Assembly: GCA_030390025.1 (NCBI GenBank)
Contig: CM059432.1
Span: 84,570,001 to 84,634,000, forward strand
Length of the DNA stretch: 64,000 nucleotides
Reading direction: 5' to 3'
Origin: Squalus acanthias
Lineage: Eukaryota
Part shown: in pieces, positions 13,670 through 27,348 of the stretch
Layout: the number at the start of each line of letters is the position of its first letter
Numbering within the stretch: the first letter of the stretch is position 1
Notes under the pieces: generated by a model
The model's input: only the letters and a program-made list of their open reading frames with translations
What the model was told of the DNA's origin: nothing
The model's database searches: none
Program-made: the position numbers and the translations under genes

Positions 13670-14511
13670 GGACCCTGGCGCCCAGCATTGTTACAGTGCA
13701 CGCCAGATGACATATTCCCATATAGGCGGGTCCTGTCACTCTGGGAGAAGTGGCGGCGAGCAGTTTTGAACTAACAGAATGGCCCCGATACTTACGGGGA
13801 GAGTGGGGAAGCGCGGGGTTACCCGGAAATCCCCGGGGCGCAGAGGTCCTGCCAAATTTAACAGCAGGACCTCATTATCATTTTCTTATTCTGTTTTCCG
13901 CCCAGCAGCCAGCCAGATTGACAGCCTGGCCAGCCGCGGGGCGGGAAAGCCAGCGGCAGGAGGTCGCAGCCAGAGACTGTTGGGGACGGTCCCTGGTAAT
14001 CAGAAACGCTCGGGGCTTGGTGGGGGGTCGGCTGATCACGGGGCAAGAGGCTCAAGACTGGGGGTCGGGGTGTTGGAGGGGGGTTTGGCCGATCACGGGG
14101 TAAGAAGCTCGGGAACGGGGGTTGGAGAGCGGGTCAGCCGATCGCGGCAGCGAGGAGATGCCACAATCGGCAGAAGAGAGGCAGGAGGTTTGCTTGAGGG
14201 ACCAGGGGGAGCACGCCTGCTCCTCCTGGCTCACAAGTAGTGCTCTAAAAAGCACTTACCTGCTGCAGCCAGCTGCTCCCGTCTCTATTTAGTTGCCGGT
14301 TTTCCCGAGCCCTGAGAAACACGGCACGCAACTGTTAAATTTAAATCAGACTCCCAACTGCACTGTGAGAACCTGATTTAAATATTCTAATGGAGTGTCC
14401 TGCCTCTCCAAGACGGGACACTTTCACGCCACACCGTCCCGATTTTTCAGTTTTAAACCTCTTCCCACCCCACACCCTCTCCAGCCCATCGTGGGGGATT
14501 AATATTGACCC
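13670..14511. mobile_element. GC-rich Harbinger-type MITE, left end uncertain
   Basis: Right terminus AATATTGACCCC. Internal sequence resembles the MITE at 29457-32910 (CAGCCAGATTGACAGCCTGGC; CTCCTGGCYCACAAG). Confidence 0.5.
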
Positions 14512-14629
14512 CAATGGCTGTAAAGCAATTTTTCACCCTTGCCCACTACAGACCTGCTGGTTTGCTGGAATAAATCTCGTAGAATATCTCCCACCATATG
14601 TTCTCAGAAAAATTAAAACTGACAACTTA

Positions 14630-14745
14630 GAGTTCTGTCGAAGGGTTCACACCTGAAATGTCAAAAGCTGTCTTTTCTCTTTAAAGATTGACTGGCTTGA
14701 TGTGTACTTCCAGTATTTTCTGTTTTGAATGCAGAATTCAGTGTT
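14630..14745 (+). mobile_element. Decayed Penelope 3' terminal fragment
   Basis: AGTTCTGTCGAAGGGTTCACACCTGAAATGTC...TTCCAGTATTTTCTG aligns by eye to 43881-43990. Confidence 0.55.
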
Positions 14746-16178
14746 TGTTTCTAAAGTAAACTCTTCGGTGATGAAGATGCTGTTGAATTATTGATGTTTT
14801 CACACAGCTATAAATTCCAAAAACTAGATAGACTCATGACTTAAATTGGGATGAACATTAATGAGCATTCCTGGTGCAGAGCTTTGCTCATTGGGAGCAC
14901 AGATCAGGCAGTCAAGCGCAGAAATGAACGCACACCATTCGTGGCTTCCCTAATTTTAGGTCACTATTATTAATAATCCCAACATTGGGAGGACCACAAA
15001 TCAGGCACGCTGACCTTTGTGCTCAATGTCCATTCCACTCTCCTGCCAAGTGAGGCTCCATTCCAAAAGCATAAAATCATTAATGCCTCATCCACCCTTA
15101 TGGCGGTTACAGGCACCTGGAGTTGCTGACCAAACCCCTGTTTTAATACACAATCATTTTTCATCTAACTTTGTCTTTATCTCTCATGAGCCTAGCATCT
15201 GTAATTGTAACTGGAGTCATTCTTATGGAGTTATGCTGTGTCAACTGACAGATAACTGGTTCCAAATGTTGTTAAGTTATATACTGTGATTCAAATCTTC
15301 CATTACTACTGGAAAACGAATCACATATGCAGCATTACATTCCGCATACCAAATATTTCCAAGTTACCATTCCCATGATTCAAAGTAAATTTATTAATGT
15401 GGAAATTCCGGATTGCTCACACTGCAGAGAAATGTTTTGAAAAAGAAGCACGAGTGTTTAACATTTGAACAGTCAGCAACATACTAAACAGCATCAGCAT
15501 TGTTTGTAAATATATCCATTGATGGTCAAACATTGTTTTTTCATTGACCATCAATCCATTAAGGCAGAATTTTATCACACAATTGGCATCAATGTTGACA
15601 GATGTTAATAGTGACTGGTGTACACTATCCCACGTTAATATCCATATATGGGACTTTCAACACAAAATATGTGTCTCAAAATTAATATTCAAATTAAAAT
15701 GTAAATAGATTTCCACTCTACCCGTAGACTACAATATTCTACTCTATAGTAAAGAACCAGGGAGCAATGGCTGACTAAAGCTTTGTTAAATTAACCTTTC
15801 TACCATGCTGCCCAGTATTCTCCTATATATTTACAAGCTCTACTTTTTCTAAAATAAGCCACAAATGCTTTAACAGATTCTAGTTCTATTTGTCTTGATT
15901 TTCCTCTTTTGGTATCATTATGCTTCAGTTGTACGAAGCCTTGGTCAGAGCCCATTTGAAGTAATGAATTCATTTTCGGGCACCACACCTCAGGAAAGAT
16001 ATATTGGCCTTGGAACGGGTATAGTGCAGATTCACCACAATGATACTGGGACTTAAAGGTTAAATTATGAGGACAGGTTGCATAAACTTGATTTGTATTG
16101 CCTTGAGTTTAGAAGGTTGAAGGGTGAACTAATCAAGATGTTTAACGTGATAAAGGGATTCGACAGGGTAGATACACT

Positions 16179-16725
16179 GGGAGGAATGTTAACCCCTAAG
16201 GACGGTTGAGTTGGGGGCGAGTGGGAGGTAAAAAAATTTAAAATCTCAAACCCGATCCCAACCCACCTCCAACCCGTCCACTTCCGATTTTAATGGAAGA
16301 GGATCGGAGGGTGGACGATCAACCCAATCCCAGGAGGCGGGTCAGTCACTGAAATCTTTGAAGGAGGCTGTGTACCTCCATTTTAACATGATTTTTACTT
16401 GTAACCCATGGAGACTGTGTTTCCCAGGGCTCAGGAACCCAGGCAGGTAAAAGGAGGAGAGAAGGGCCGGATCCATGAGGTAAGCGCATTTACAGCACTG
16501 GTTGTTGGCCAGGAGGAGTTGGAGTGCTTCCCCCAGCCCCCCAAGCTTACCTCTTTACAGACTCTGCGATCGGATCCCACAATCTTTGACTCTCCCACCC
16601 CAGATCTCCGACTCCCCCAACCCCCGATCTCCGACTCCCCCACCCCCGATCTCTAACTCCCCCAACCATCCCGATCTCCGATTCCACCAACCCCCCCTGA
16701 TCTCCGACTACCCCACACCCCCACG
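16179..16725. mobile_element. Truncated Harbinger-type MITE with C-rich short repeats
   Basis: Starts GGGAGGAATGTTAACCC. CCCGATCTCCGACTCCCC repeats at 16580-16725. Right end lost. Confidence 0.45.
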
Positions 16726-16782
16726 ATCTTCAAGTACTAGGCTATTCAGGAGTGAAATTAGGAAACACTTTTTCACACAAAG

Positions 16783-18669
16783 TATGAAGTATGGATTAAT
16801 TAAGGAAAGCCAGCATGGATTTGTTAAAGGCAAATCGTGTTTAACTAACTTGATTTTGATGAGGTAATAGAGAATGTTAATGAAGGCAATGTGGCTAATG
16901 TGGTGTACATGGACTTCCAAAAGGCGTTTGATAAAGTGCCACATAATAGGCTTGCCAGCAAAGTTGAAGCCCATGGAATAAAAGGGACAGTAGCAGCATA
17001 AATATGAAATTGGCTAAGTGACAGGAAACAGAGTAGTGATGAATGGTTGTTTTCAGACTGGAGGAAGGTATACAGTGGTGTTCCCCAGGGGTCGGTACTA
17101 GGACCACTGCTTTTCTTGATATATATTAATGACTTAGGGTGCAATCTTGCCAGCCCTGGGGAGGCGGGTTTGGAGGTGGGACTGTTGGGAAAATGGCAGA
17201 ATCTGGGGGCAGGTGCCCAACCCGCCCCCAACCCGCCTCCGTGCCATCTTGCCAGGAGGCGGGTAGCCGACCCCCGCCGGGTCCCATCTCCTGGAGGCGG
17301 GAAGGCGATTACAGCCACGTAACTGCCTGTTAACAGGAAGTTAACAGGCAGAAAAGAGGATTATCCCCATTTTACCCACACAAGTGCGGGCTTCCCGAAG
17401 GCTGCGAACCCCGCCAGGGTCACCGAGGCGAGCAGAGGGTCTGCGGGGGTCGGAGGGGGTGCAAAAGTGCTCTGTGAAGGTAAGCGATGGGTACACGTGT
17501 GGAGAGGTAAGTATGTGAGGTGAGTGGAAAGTGATAGAAAATGTTTACTTACCTTTGTTTCTTCCTGCAGGCTTCAAACGTTGGGGATGCGGAGAGTCTC
17601 GCATCTCACCGGCAGAGATGACAGATGGCTGCTGCATTCTCCAATGCAACAACCATCTAATTTCTGCTCACAAAAGAGGTTTGATGAGTCTTGAATACAA
17701 GAACTCATCAAACAACATAGAATGTCAGTGTTTGACAGCTTCACAGAGCTGTCAAATGATGACAATTCATCTGTCAAAAATTTTTGACAGATGAAACATC
17801 ATACGCTGAAGTTCTCTGTAACCGGCTTCCCCTTAATTGACCTGCTAAGCCCGCTGGGCGGGCTTAACAAGGTCAATCAAGGGAAAATAGCGTGGGTTGG
17901 CCAGAAGTCGATGGAGGCGGGACTAAAACCTGACAAGTGGGAGTCCCGCCTCCAAAAGCTCCCCATTGGCAAAAACCAGCCTTTAGACTTGGGTGTACAG
18001 GGCACATTTTCAAAATTTGCAGATGACACAAAACTTGGAAGTATAGTGAACAGTGAAGAGGATAGTGATAGACTTCAAGAGGACATAGACAGGCTGGTGG
18101 AATGGGCGGACATGTGGCAGATGAAATTTAACGCAGAAAAGTGCGAAATGGTGTATTTTGGTAGGAAGGAGAGGGTGCAGAAAAGATTTACAAGAATGGT
18201 TCCAGGGATGAGGGACTTCAGTTAAGTGGATAGACTGGAGAAGCTAGGGTTGTTCTCCTTAGAGCAGAGAAGGATGAGAGAAGATTTGATAGAGGTGTTC
18301 AAAATCATGAGGAGTCTAGACAGAGTAGATAGAGAGAATCTGTTCCCATTGGCAGAAGGGTCAAGAACTAGAAGACACAGATATAAGGTGATTGGCAGAA
18401 GAACCAAAGGCGACATGAGGAAAAACTTTTTTACGCAGCGAGTGGTTAGGATCTGGAATTCACTGCCTAAAAGGGTGGTGGAGGCAAATTTAATTGGGGC
18501 TTTCAAAGGGGAATTGGATAAGTACCTGAAAGAAAAAAAAATTGCAGGGCTACGGGAAAAGGGCGAGGGAGTGGGACTAGCTGAAGTGCTCTTGCAGAGA
18601 GCCGGCACATGCTTGATGGGCTGAATGGCCTCCTTCTGTGCTGTAACCATTCTATGATTCTATGATTCT
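16783..18669 (+). mobile_element. 5'-truncated CR1 LINE with internal deletion and MITE insertion
   Basis: [25 protein letters not shown] and FADDTKLG motifs. (ATTCTATG)n tail at 18649-18669. Possible TSD ACAAAG. Confidence 0.9.
17137..17982. mobile_element. Harbinger-type MITE, TSD TTA
   Basis: Interrupts CR1 RT (AATGAC-TTA | TTA-GACTTGGG). Imperfect TIRs GGGTGCAATCTTGCCA / AGGCTGGTTTTTGCCA. Confidence 0.8.
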
Positions 18670-18690
18670 ACAAAGGGTAGTAGAAATCTG

Positions 18691-19421
18691 GGGGGGAAAA
18701 TTGGGTTGCTTTGTGCCTCCTGTTAGCGCCTTGGGGGGCACTAATGGGGCGCAAAGCCCCTAGCGCGTGGGTGTGGCGCCGCTAACGCCTGCCGCAAAAT
18801 TCAGCAGGAGCTTAGCGGTGGCAGTAGCTGGTAGCACCCCGCGGCACTGCGCCTCCAGCAATGACATCATCACCATGCGCAGCGCCCCGCTCGCGCCCCG
18901 GCTGCAAACTTCAGTTGCGCCCCCTGACCTACCGCTGGACCATATGTCTGACAGGGTTAGGGTGGTGTTTTTGCGGCCGCGGTGGCACAAATTAAAGGTG
19001 CCAGGCGGCTTTTTTTATGGGCTGCCTGCCAGCATCTGCCCCCTTTCGCCTCCTCCTGCGGGGTGCCGGCTGCGATTGGTCAGCCCGGCACTCCTCTTGA
19101 GTGCTGGGCTGTTTTCCTGGCACCCCACTCCAGCAGGGTCCTGTTGCGCGCTGCGCTAGGTCCCTCCCTTTAATCAGGGGAGGGAGGCCTGTAATACCGT
19201 GGCGTTACGTGCCGACACGCATGGCGGTGTTGCACGTAGCTCCACGATATTGAATGGTAGTGCCCCAGGAAGGAAGTGGTGTGCTTCCAGTAGCGCCCCG
19301 CTTCCTGCTTGGGGCGCTACCACTCAATTTACGGCACAGGGGTGCTAATTTTTCGGGGCACTAAAAGTAGCGTCCCGGCGAAGTTAGTGCCCCAAAGGGG
19401 GCACGACCAAATTTTTCCCCC
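18691..19421. mobile_element. Harbinger MITE, TSD CTG
   Basis: TIRs GGGGGGAAAATTGGG / GGGGGAAAAATTTGG. Flanks GAAAT-CTG | CTG-GAATTC restore the CR1 sequence. Confidence 0.9.
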
Positions 19422-20921
19422 CTGGAATTCTCTCCCCTAATAGGCTGTGAATGCTAGGACAATTGAAACTTTCAAGACTGAGATTGATAGATTTTTGTTA
19501 GGTAAGGGTATCAAGGGATATGGAGCTAAGATAGGTAAAAGGAGTTGAGGTACAGATCAGCCATGATCTAATTGATGGCAAAGCAGGCTCAAGGGGCTGA
19601 ATGGCCTACTGCTGTTTCTATGCTTCTATGTAATCTGTCGAGTTTCTATCCATGCTGAACATCAGAATTTCAGTTATTTTTTATTCTTGTCATACCAGTC
19701 ATAGTACACAAAATATTTCTCCTCAATCAAATGTTAGAAAAAAAATCCATATTGCTAGAATGGATTTGGACGTTTCTAAACAGCAGATGACAGGTGCTGG
19801 TTTTTTTAAATTATTCATTCTCAGAATATGGGTGTTACTGGCAAGGTCGGCATTTATTGCAATTTAACAAAGCAAGTTTGATGGTTTAGGAAAGATCACA
19901 GAGATCTTGCAGCTGGTAGTATTTCCTGTATATAATTTACCTTGTCACGATGTCCCCATTCCAGTTGCAGTCTGCTAGATTCCTACATCTAGAGCAGCTT
20001 TCTCTCTGTAATAGTGCTTACATATTATTGTGCCAGATACTGCTCTCGTCTCCATAAGCTATTTTGTTCTGAATGTGAATTTCATCTCTTTAATACTTAT
20101 TGCACGGCAGAGGGTCATCCTGGAAATCTTTAGAAAGCACCCTAGTGACATTGTTATGTTCGCTGTATTCTGGAGCGCATAATCCAGAACCCAACCAGCT
20201 GCAAATAAATACTGGATTAAGCAGACAGAAACCAGCACACTGTTCCAGTTTTACTCAATTCAAGTTTAGAGCAGTTATACGACCCAACAGGGAATAGATT
20301 TTGACTGATGTTGCAGCTGTTCCAGTTCCCAAAGCGCTGTTTAACCAGAGAAAAGCATTCTGCTGTATCCATACAGAGGTATCAAGTCAAGAGGGACATT
20401 TAGGAAATCTCTTGCCCCAGCTGTATTACTCTATAGCAGAGAGGGTTAACCAGTTCAAAATAGATCTTTGTTCCAGCTCCATCTCCAATATCATAGGGAG
20501 ACCTAGCCAAGGACACATCTCTTCATCAGCCTCCCTACTTAGTCCTCATTGAGTATTTAAATTTGTTTTGTGCAGTTTGAAGGATTAATACAAAACTATT
20601 TTTTTTAAATCAATCTGTTTATCAAATAGTTCTCTCTCTGCATTGGACTGCAAAACACCTCAAGTAGTGTTATGAAATTTCTGTTCAGTGAGTTAATCAA
20701 CATCATTCCGGATATTTCAAAGCTGCATGCCTGACCAGGACTAATAGAAAATGAGGTAGAGAAGTAGCAGGTGTAAAGAGAAATAATAAACTGTGACCTT
20801 TCCATAGTTTTATGATAGTTTCTTGATTATTCCTATCTTGTGTTTTCGCATTTCTCAGTCAAGACTCTTATTAGTAATTATTTTACTCTCACAGTACTGT
20901 AAGAAGTGCACAAATCATTTA

Positions 20922-21610
20922 GGGGGAGAAACTCAGTAGCGCCCAGGAAGGGACGCTAACTTTTGAGAAGTTGGAAATTTAGCGCCGAGCGCTAATCAAT
21001 CTCGCTGCCCGCTAAATTCAGTCTCAGCACTCAAAGAATGCAGGGCAGGGGAGCGATAAATCAGGCGCTAATGGCATAGGTGAGTGGCGTTAGGCTCCAA
21101 GCAATAAGGAATATCAGGTGTTGTATAATCGGGAGTGAGCATTGGCGCAGGCGCCTTCCAGCCATTAAAGGGGAGGGTCACTGGAGTCTGCACACCAGCC
21201 CCCAATGATTCGGGGAGTGCAGAATGGCGATATGCTGTGGGATGAAATGCAAAGTGCTTTGACGAGCCACAACACTCCGGGGACTACGCAGCCTTTATTT
21301 GGCTGCAGATACATCCTGCGCTCTCTGGCACTCATAGCTGACCTTTGGAATGGAAGTTCCTTGCGCATCCCTTTAAGTAGCGCCCCGCCAGCCGGCTGCT
21401 TCATGCCTCCGCTCCCTGGCGCTGTCAGCGTAAGGCGGTAGGGCAGGGGGCGCCACTGAAGTTTGCAGATCGGGCACTAAGCGGGCTCGCTGACGTCATG
21501 ATCTGCATGGCGAAAGGGATTCGCCCCGCCGCAGCACTAATGCCTGAGCGCCCCGTTAGCGCCCCTGTCAGGCGCTAACTGGGGGCGCTAACCGACTGAA
21601 TTTCTAGCCC
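20922..21610. mobile_element. Harbinger MITE
   Basis: TIRs GGGGGAGAAACTCAGT / GGGCTAGAAATTCAGT. Flanks TTA/TTG. Many TAGCGCC/GGCGCTA motifs. Right end resembles the ends at 56400-56534 and 62190-62244. Confidence 0.85.
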
Positions 21611-22230
21611 TTGGTAACAGGGCCACATTACCTAGTTGAACCTGCTACCCACACCATGCAGCTTAGACTCGTGCTTTTGTTCCATAGAGGATAGTAGGAT
21701 CTCCATGGACTCCCCTGAAACTGGAGGAATTTTATATACTGCTCACATTGCACATATTTTGGATAATAAATTTGCTCAGTATCTGTCCTCGCAACACTGG
21801 CTGTGTCTCTTCTACTGTTACATAATGTAAACAAAAACTTCCCTCTCCCTTGATCGTGAACAGCAGCCTTTTTAAGAGGTTCTATCTAACTGCATTTTGT
21901 GACACCCCCTCCATCCAGACAATCCAAGCTAGCTTTCTGGAGCTGTTTTCTATGCACAAATTCATAAAGATGAAAGGTTTCAATTACGAGTGTAAGACTA
22001 TCAATATGTTTTTACATTTCTTTTATTTGTAACAAAGACAGACCGAATTGGTTTAAACCATGTTCTCGAAAATCCTGTCTGTTCCCCTCAGTGATGCTGA
22101 TCATGTTGGAGAAGGATGACTTTCAGGACCAAAGACATTGTACTGTAAAGATAGGCACATATAGATTATTAAATAAGTAAACTAGGTGGATAATATTGGT
22201 CTTGAAGAGTTGTTAAGATTGAAACGCATA

Positions 22231-23592
22231 GGCCTAGAAATTTGTTAGCCCCCCAAAACGGGAGTGGGGACTAGCAACCCGCGCCCGTTCGGAGGACTGC
22301 AGGCAGCATGCAAACTTCGTGCTGCCTGATGATTAGCATTATTGTAGCATTCAGCCCAGCGCTGAACGCACTGCTGAGTGACTGAATGTTCAGCAAGAGG
22401 CCCAAGTTCGTGTGAGGCTAGCTACAATTAAAGCTAGTCTACACTACTTAAAGGCAGTCTGCACCTCTTAAAAGGGCGGTGTCTTCTGCCTACAACAGGT
22501 GATTGAAGTGGCTGGGAAGATATTGGACAACAAAGTTATACTGATGGCACAACAGGGCAGAGAACGTGCACCAAAGTTCTGCGATGCAGCACTGGAGGCC
22601 TCAGTCCAGGAGGTCAACTCCAGGAGAGAGGTTTTATTTCCACAGGGGCCAGGAGGACCTCCAGGCAACAGACCAGAGTGCAGTGGGAGCAGACAGCCAC
22701 TGTGGTAAATGCCAGCAGTGTAGCCCTGAGGTCCTGGACTCAATGCAGGAAGAAGTTTAATGACCTCACATGAGTGGTCAAGGTCAGTGAATTTATCTTC
22801 AAATGCCATATCCCACCATTTGCACCACTAGCCTCACAGACTGCACAATACACCACACCCTAATCATTCACCTACTAACAATCTCTATCAAACATGACTC
22901 ATACCTCACATTCATAGCTTCACCTCACCCTTGCACACTTACCACTGCTGTAAGCCTCACACCCACATCTCACAGCTTGCACACATTGTCAGCTATTCAA
23001 CCATGACAGCCACATTACCAAATACATTAACCACACTCACTGACACACTTCCCTTTCTCTTGCAGGTAAAGGTGGTGCATAACCGGCACCAGCAGAACTT
23101 AACCACCTGCATGACCTCACCCTCATGGAGGAGACGGTGCTGGCCATTCTTGGCAGGGACATGGCTGAGCCCTTGGCCAGCAGCGGGGCTGAAAGAATAC
23201 AAGATGCCGGTATCCTCATACATTATCCTCCTTCTCATATCCCACTTCCCCCTGATCCCACAATCTCTTCTGATTTACAAAATGTACATGGTGTAAGCAT
23301 GCACCTCTTGCTTTCCCCCCTCCCCTAATCAGCCACTGACCTGAGAGTGGTTGATGATCCCTTTAAATATCGCTGGTAGGGGGTCCTTGCAGCTGCTGAA
23401 TGCATGTCAGGATCTGCCTACTCAACATACTTCTGGCGCATGCTCCCAGCGCCGACGCTACCACCCTCACCAAGATGGCGTCTGGCGCGTCCCGCTCCAG
23501 AATTGTGCGTGCGCTGCTCGGACGCCATTTTGGTCCCAATTTGGCACCCGTAGCGCCCAAACAATGGGCACTATGCAATCAAATTTCTAGGC
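22231..23592 (+). mobile_element. Harbinger derivative with a decayed Myb/SANT gene but no transposase
   Basis: TIR GGCCTAGAAATTTG / CAAATTTCTAGGC. Myb exon 1 ~22544-22782 (RERAPKFCDAALEASVQEV...QCRKKFNDLT). Exon 2 ~23066-23208. Confidence 0.85.
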
Positions 23593-24169
23593 ATGGCCTG
23601 GGTAGGATGCAGAGAGGAAAATCAAATATGGAAGATCGCACACCATATTGGAGGCTGCTTTCATTAATTTAAATGGAAGGAATATCAGGCAGGCTCTGAT
23701 AATGGCATGCAATCCTCCCCATGCAACTTTCCTCTCTGCACTCCATGCAAGTGATGTTTATTGCCCAGGGGTAAAGACGAAAATTTCCCTCCACTATTTC
23801 TACTGGTCAGTGAGTTAGTAACTAGAGGGCATCAATTTAAGATTACAAGGGTAGCTGTCTGGATGCTATTCCATCTGCCTGGGAGTCTGGTGTGTGCTTC
23901 CAGGAAAGGATGCTCACAACCACCGTGAGCAGATGTGCAGGGGGCCTCCCAATGTTAAAGAGTTGTCCTGATTTGAGGAGACGTCCCTAAATATTTTTAA
24001 CCTGGAGTGTTGAAGAAGCTGGAAGGAATAGCTAGTAATTCTGCAACATTTTTGCAGCAAAGGTGGGGTATTTCTGTCATGGGGATCAGAATTCAGGGTC
24101 AGATATGCCCTAAAATACACACTGAATTCCTGTGGAAGGGGGCAGGCAGAAGATGGAGATCAAGTCCTA

Positions 24170-27100
24170 TCTTCACACTGAGGACGTGCTCCATCGTGTC
24201 GTGTGGCACTACCATGGGGGATAGAGTAAGAACAGTTCTAGCAGCTCAAAACTGGGCATCAATGAGGCGTTGTGGGCCATCAGCAGCTGCAGAATTATAT
24301 ACCACCACCATCTGTAATCTTATGGCCTGGCATATCTTTCACTCCTCCATCACCATCAGGCCAGATGACCAACCCTGGTTCGATGAGGAGTGTAGAAAAG
24401 CATGCTGCGAGCAGCACCAGGCATACGTAAAAATGAGGTGCTAACATAATGAAGCTACAACACAGGATTGCATGCATGCTAAACAGCGAAAGCTATAGAC
24501 ACAGCTAAGCGATCCCACAACCAACAGATCAGTCAAAGCTCGGTGCCCTTCCATATCCAGTTGTGAATGGTGGTGGGCAATTAACGAACAATTAACCAAC
24601 TAACGGGAAGAGGAGGCTCCATGAACATTCCCATCTTCAATAATGGCGGAGCCCAGCGCGTAAGTGCAAAAGACAATTACATAGGATTACATAGGATATA
24701 CGGCACAGAAACAGGCCATTCGGCCCAACCAGTCCATGCCGGTGTTTATGCTCCACTCGAGCCTCCTCCTGTCTTTCCTCATCTAAATCTATCAGCATAA
24801 CCCTCTATTCCCTTCTCCCTCATATGCTTGTCCAGCCTCCCCTTAAATGAATCTATACTATTCGCTTCAACCACTCCCTGTGGTAGCGAGTTCCACATTC
24901 TCACCACTCTTTGGGTAAAGAAGTTTCTTCTGAATTCCCTATTGGATTTCTTGGTGACTATCTTATATTGATGGCCTCTAGTTATGCTCTTCCCCACAAG
25001 TGGAAACATTCTCTCTCTATCCACTCTATCAAAATCTTTCATAATTTTATAGACCTCTATTAGGTCACCCCTCAGCCTTCTTTTTTCAAGAGAAAAGAGA
25101 CCTGTTCATCCTTTCCTGATATATATACCCTCGCATTTCTGGTATCATCCTTGTAAATCTTCTCTGCACCCTCTCCAGTGCCTCTATATCCTTTTTATAA
25201 TATGGCGACCAGAACTGCACGCGGTACTCCAGTTGTGGTCTAATCAAGGTTTGATATAAGTTTAGCATAACTTCCCTACTTTTCAATTCTATCCCTCTAG
25301 AAATAAACCCTAGTGTTTGGTTTGCATTTTTAATGGCCTTGCTAACCTGTGGCACAACTTTTAGTGATTTGTGTATTTGTACTCCGAGATCCTTTTGTTC
25401 CTCTACCCCACCTAGACTCGTACCCTCCAAGTGATAAGTGACCTCCCTATTCTTCCTACCAAAATGTAATACCTCACATTTATCTGTGTTGAACTTCATT
25501 TGGCAATTATTTGCTCATTCTGCAAGTTTATTAATGTCCTCCTGTAATTTGTTGCAGTCCTCCTCAGTATTGACTATCCCCCCCAATTTGGTATCATCCG
25601 CAAATTTAGAAATTGTGTTTTTGATTCCAAAGTCTAAATCGTTAATATAAATTGTGAACAGCAGTGTTCCCAGCACTGATCCTTGTGGAACACCACTGCC
25701 CACCTTCTGCCACTGTGAATAGCTACCCTTTATCCCTACTCTCTGCTTTCTGTCTTGAAGCCAGCTAGCAATCCATTCTGCTACTTGTCCCCTGACTTCG
25801 TATTCTCTGACCTTATTCATTAGTCTATTATGGGGTATCTTATCGAAGGCATTTTGAAAATCTAGATAAATTACATCTACTACATTACCATTGTCTACTC
25901 TCTCTGTTGCCTCTTCAAAAAATTCAATAAGTTTGGTCAAGCAAGATTTTCCCTTTTGAAATCCATGCTGACTATTCATTATTATACTTTTTGTTTCTAG
26001 ATGTTCTTCTATTCTCTCCTTTAGTGCCGCAGCATTTGCAACCATCTTCAACCAGAAGTGTCGAATGGATGATCTTTCTCAGCATCTTCCTGAGGCCCCC
26101 ACCATTCACTTCACATGACATCAAGGAACATCAAGAAACATCTGAGTGCTCTGGACACAGCAAAGGCTATGGACCCTGACAACATCCCGGCTGAAGTGCT
26201 GAAGACCTGCATTCCAGAACTAGCTGTGCTCCAAGCTAAGCTGTTACAGTACAGCTACAACACTGGCATCTACCTGATAATATGGAATATTGCTAGGTAT
26301 GAACTATCCGCAAAAATGATGACAAATCCAACCTGGCTAATTACCGCCCTATCAGACTATTCCCAAACATCAGCAAAGTGATGGAAGGAGTCATCAACAG
26401 TGCTATCAAATGATACTTATTCACCAATAAGCTGCTCACCAATGCTCATTTTGGGTTCCGTCAGGACCATTTGGCTCCAGACCTCATTACAACTTTGGTC
26501 CAAACATGAACACAAGACCTGAATTCCAGAGGCGAGGTAATAGTGACTGTCTTTGACATCAAGGCAATATTCAACTGAGTGTGAAGCCCCAGTTAAACTG
26601 AAGGTCAATGGGAATCGAGGGGAAAACTCTCCAGCAGCTGAAGTCATACCTGGCACAAAGGAAGATGGTTGTGGTTTTTGGAGGCCAATTATCTCAGCCC
26701 TATGAAATCGCTGGGGTTTCTCAGGGCAGTGTCCTCAGCCCAACTATCTTCAGCTGCTTCATCAATGAAACGCTCTCCATCATAAGGTCAGAGGTGGGAC
26801 TGTTTACTGATGATTGCACAGTGTTCAGCTCCATTCTCAATTCCTCAAATAATGAAGCAGTTCATGCCAGTATGCAGCAAGAGCTGGACAACATCCAGAC
26901 GTGACTGATAAGTGGCGAGTAACATTCATGACACACAAGTATCAGGCAATGACTAGTTCCAAGTAGAGAGAGTCTAACCACCACCCATTGGCATTCCTAT
27001 CAACTGCACCATCAACATCCTGGAGGTTACCATTGACCAGAAACGAAACTGGACCTGCCATATGGCTACCAGAACAGGTCAGAGGCTGAGTATTCTGCGG

Positions 27101-27348
27101 AGAGTGCCTCATCTTCTGATTCCCCAAAGCCTCTCTACCACCTACAAGGCACAAGTCAGGAGTGTGATGTATTTTTCTCCACTTGCCTGGATGAGTGCAG
27201 CTGCAACAGCACTCAAGAAGCTCAACACCATCCAGGACAAAGCAATTCGCTTGACCAGCAGCCGATCCACTACCTTAAACATTCACTCCTCCACCACCGG
27301 TGTACTGTGGCTGCATTGTGTACCATCTATAGATGCACTGCAGCTTCT
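24170..27348 (+). mobile_element. Decayed LINE of a second family (CR1-clade Zenon-like or RTE-X; unresolved), split by a CR1
   Basis: DQPWFDEECR, KAMDPDNIPAEVLK, GVSQGSVLSPTIFSCFIN and LFTDDCTV motifs, distinct from the other CR1 RTs. Many stops. Confidence 0.8.
24677..26022 (-). mobile_element. 5'-truncated CR1 LINE
   Basis: (CCTATGTAAT)n tail. RT fragments [31 protein letters not shown]. Confidence 0.95.

Larger units (their letters stand above)
15890..19632 (+). mobile_element. Old CR1 3' fragment interrupted by two MITEs and a younger CR1
   Basis: CR1 ORF2 C-terminal sequence at 15890-16175, 16730-16782, 18670-18690 and 19422-19632, ending in a CTATG tail. Confidence 0.75.
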
